DNA from: Candidatus Limnocylindrales bacterium
GTDB taxonomy: Bacteria; Chloroflexota; Limnocylindria; Limnocylindrales; CSP1-4
Direction of reading: 5' to 3'
Assembly: GCA_036504355.1 (NCBI GenBank)
Contig: DASXVG010000087.1
Coordinates: forward strand, 25,257 to 89,256
DNA length: 64,000 nucleotides
Shown piece after piece: positions 63,901 through 64,000 of this stretch. How positions within the stretch are numbered: position 1 is the first letter of the stretch; each line of letters starts with the position of its first letter. The translations under genes were made by a program, and so were the position numbers. The notes below the pieces were generated by a model. That model was not told the DNA's origin, made no database searches, and was given only the letters and a program-made list of their open reading frames with translations.

Positions 63901-64000
63901 TTGCCCAGCTGGCCGTCGCGCTGGCCATGGAGGGCGATGAGGCTGGGGCCGCTCGACTCGAGGCGGAGGTCGTGGAGGCTCTTGGCGGCCTCGACGACGT
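60966..64000 (+). CDS. Multidomain signalling protein: N-terminal double zinc ribbon, class III adenylyl/guanylyl cyclase, AAA/NB-ARC-like ATPase and TPR-like repeats (3' end lies beyond the window)
   Basis: The sequence has MPERATCLACGADNRSDRRFCRSCGVAMGIPCPSCGAVNEPDDQFCGGCGEP (double zinc ribbon), LVSVLFADLVGST...FIGDAVMAVWGAP (cyclase), a Walker A GTAGIGKSRLA, and helical repeats after it. Confidence 0.75.
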   Translation, partial: MPERATCLACGADNRSDRRFCRSCGVAMGIPCPSCGAVNEPDDQFCGGCGEPLGGDRRATVRAQLPAPASSGATTGSVGPSAGGVERRLVSVLFADLVGSTSMAEGADMEVVREMLGGYYDLCREVVGRYGGVVEKFIGDAVMAVWGAPVAHEDDAERAVRAALDLVEGARFLRTPAGDALVVRAGVLTGEAAATLGAEGQALVAGDLVNTAARMQSAAAPGSVLVGEATMRASDAAIDYEPAGDQAFKGKSAPVPAWRAVRVAAGHGGFGRVTRLEPPFVGRDDELHMVKEVFLRSVRERRPRLVSVTGTAGIGKSRLAWELEKYIDGMVETVYWHQGRSPAYGDGLAFWALGEMVRQRARIAETDDPTAAREKLAAMAELYLLDVDERARVEPRLAALLGLDPAPPGGAEELAAAWRTLFERIADHGPTVLVFEDLHWAESGLLDFIEGLLAAGRSRPILVLALARPELMEARPTWGATVRNHLRLDLAPLDDAAMEMLLLGMAPGIPPEAITRIRDRAEGIPLYAVETVRMLLDGGMLTEVEGRFRLVGDLGDLAVPDTLTALLGARLDALDPDTRDVVGTCAVMGISFTAAAVAAVAGRTEDTVRAFLDDLVRRELFTYDDDPRSPERGQHRFLQGVLREVAYSRLSRKERQARHLAAAGILGADGGDELAGVVATHYLEAVRFATDEDRDGLRAQASAALEGAAVRSRDIGAHASAATYLRQAAELAAAEGERLRLRDLRMTELLLTIDTAALIAEATELLAIGRRDGDRGLQARAASHLSYALINEGRSLEALTLLTEVRSALGAFVTEDPDGVRLLAELGRCHLFVTQAAEAAVILDEALGVAERMNLREVIAELLASKGWALGAAGRLLEAAALLRGAVAFAQRDGLLRAEFRARMNFSVFVAFEDLTEAFECGRTGLDRARRHGYDVWAYPLLGNAADGALESGDWAWLHRAMEEARIEEQAGPWRAQALAQLAVALAMEGDEAGAARLEAEVVEALGGLDD

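Overview
This is a high-GC (about 70%), actinobacterium-like chromosomal segment with dense, mostly translationally coupled genes. I found no rRNA, tRNA, CRISPR array or transposase/integrase.

The window carries one conserved backbone and two accessory stretches:

- Branched-chain amino-acid biosynthesis is the backbone. ilvD (partial) and leuDC sit on the minus strand. On the plus strand there is a long operon ilvB-ilvN-ilvC-leuA-leuB-cimA-[standalone LeuA_dimer domain]-methyltransferase-pheA. A candidate Leu/Val-rich, rare-codon leader peptide and attenuator hairpin precede it.
- A roughly 15 kb exopolysaccharide/glycan island (8.9-23.7 kb) splits the leuDC and ilvBNC blocks. It holds three GT4 genes (one fused to GAF), three GT2 genes, a GT-C membrane transferase, two Wzx-type flippases, an APH-fold kinase and a secreted glycoside-hydrolase-like protein.
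- The region 46.5-51.5 kb shows anomalous composition. It contains a gene remnant interrupted by an in-frame TAG stop and a 990-aa Cys-rich secreted protein built from near-identical 828-bp tandem repeats. A convergently oriented small exported protein shares the same TasA/SipW-like signal peptide, but no SipW gene is in the window.
- Downstream lie a small-molecule oxidation cluster (HIBADH, ALDH, SIS, ACAD, NDP-forming acyl-CoA synthetase), a UPF0173 hydrolase, a MoaD-MoaE fusion, an orphan KamD-like TIM-barrel protein, an HxlR regulator, an HtrA protease and a HlyD/FtsX pair with no ATPase. The window ends in a multidomain zinc-ribbon/adenylyl-cyclase/AAA/TPR protein.

The displayed numbering disagrees with the ORF track by 1 nt at several points. 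I followed the ORF track, and coordinates read directly from the sequence may be off by 1-3 nt.
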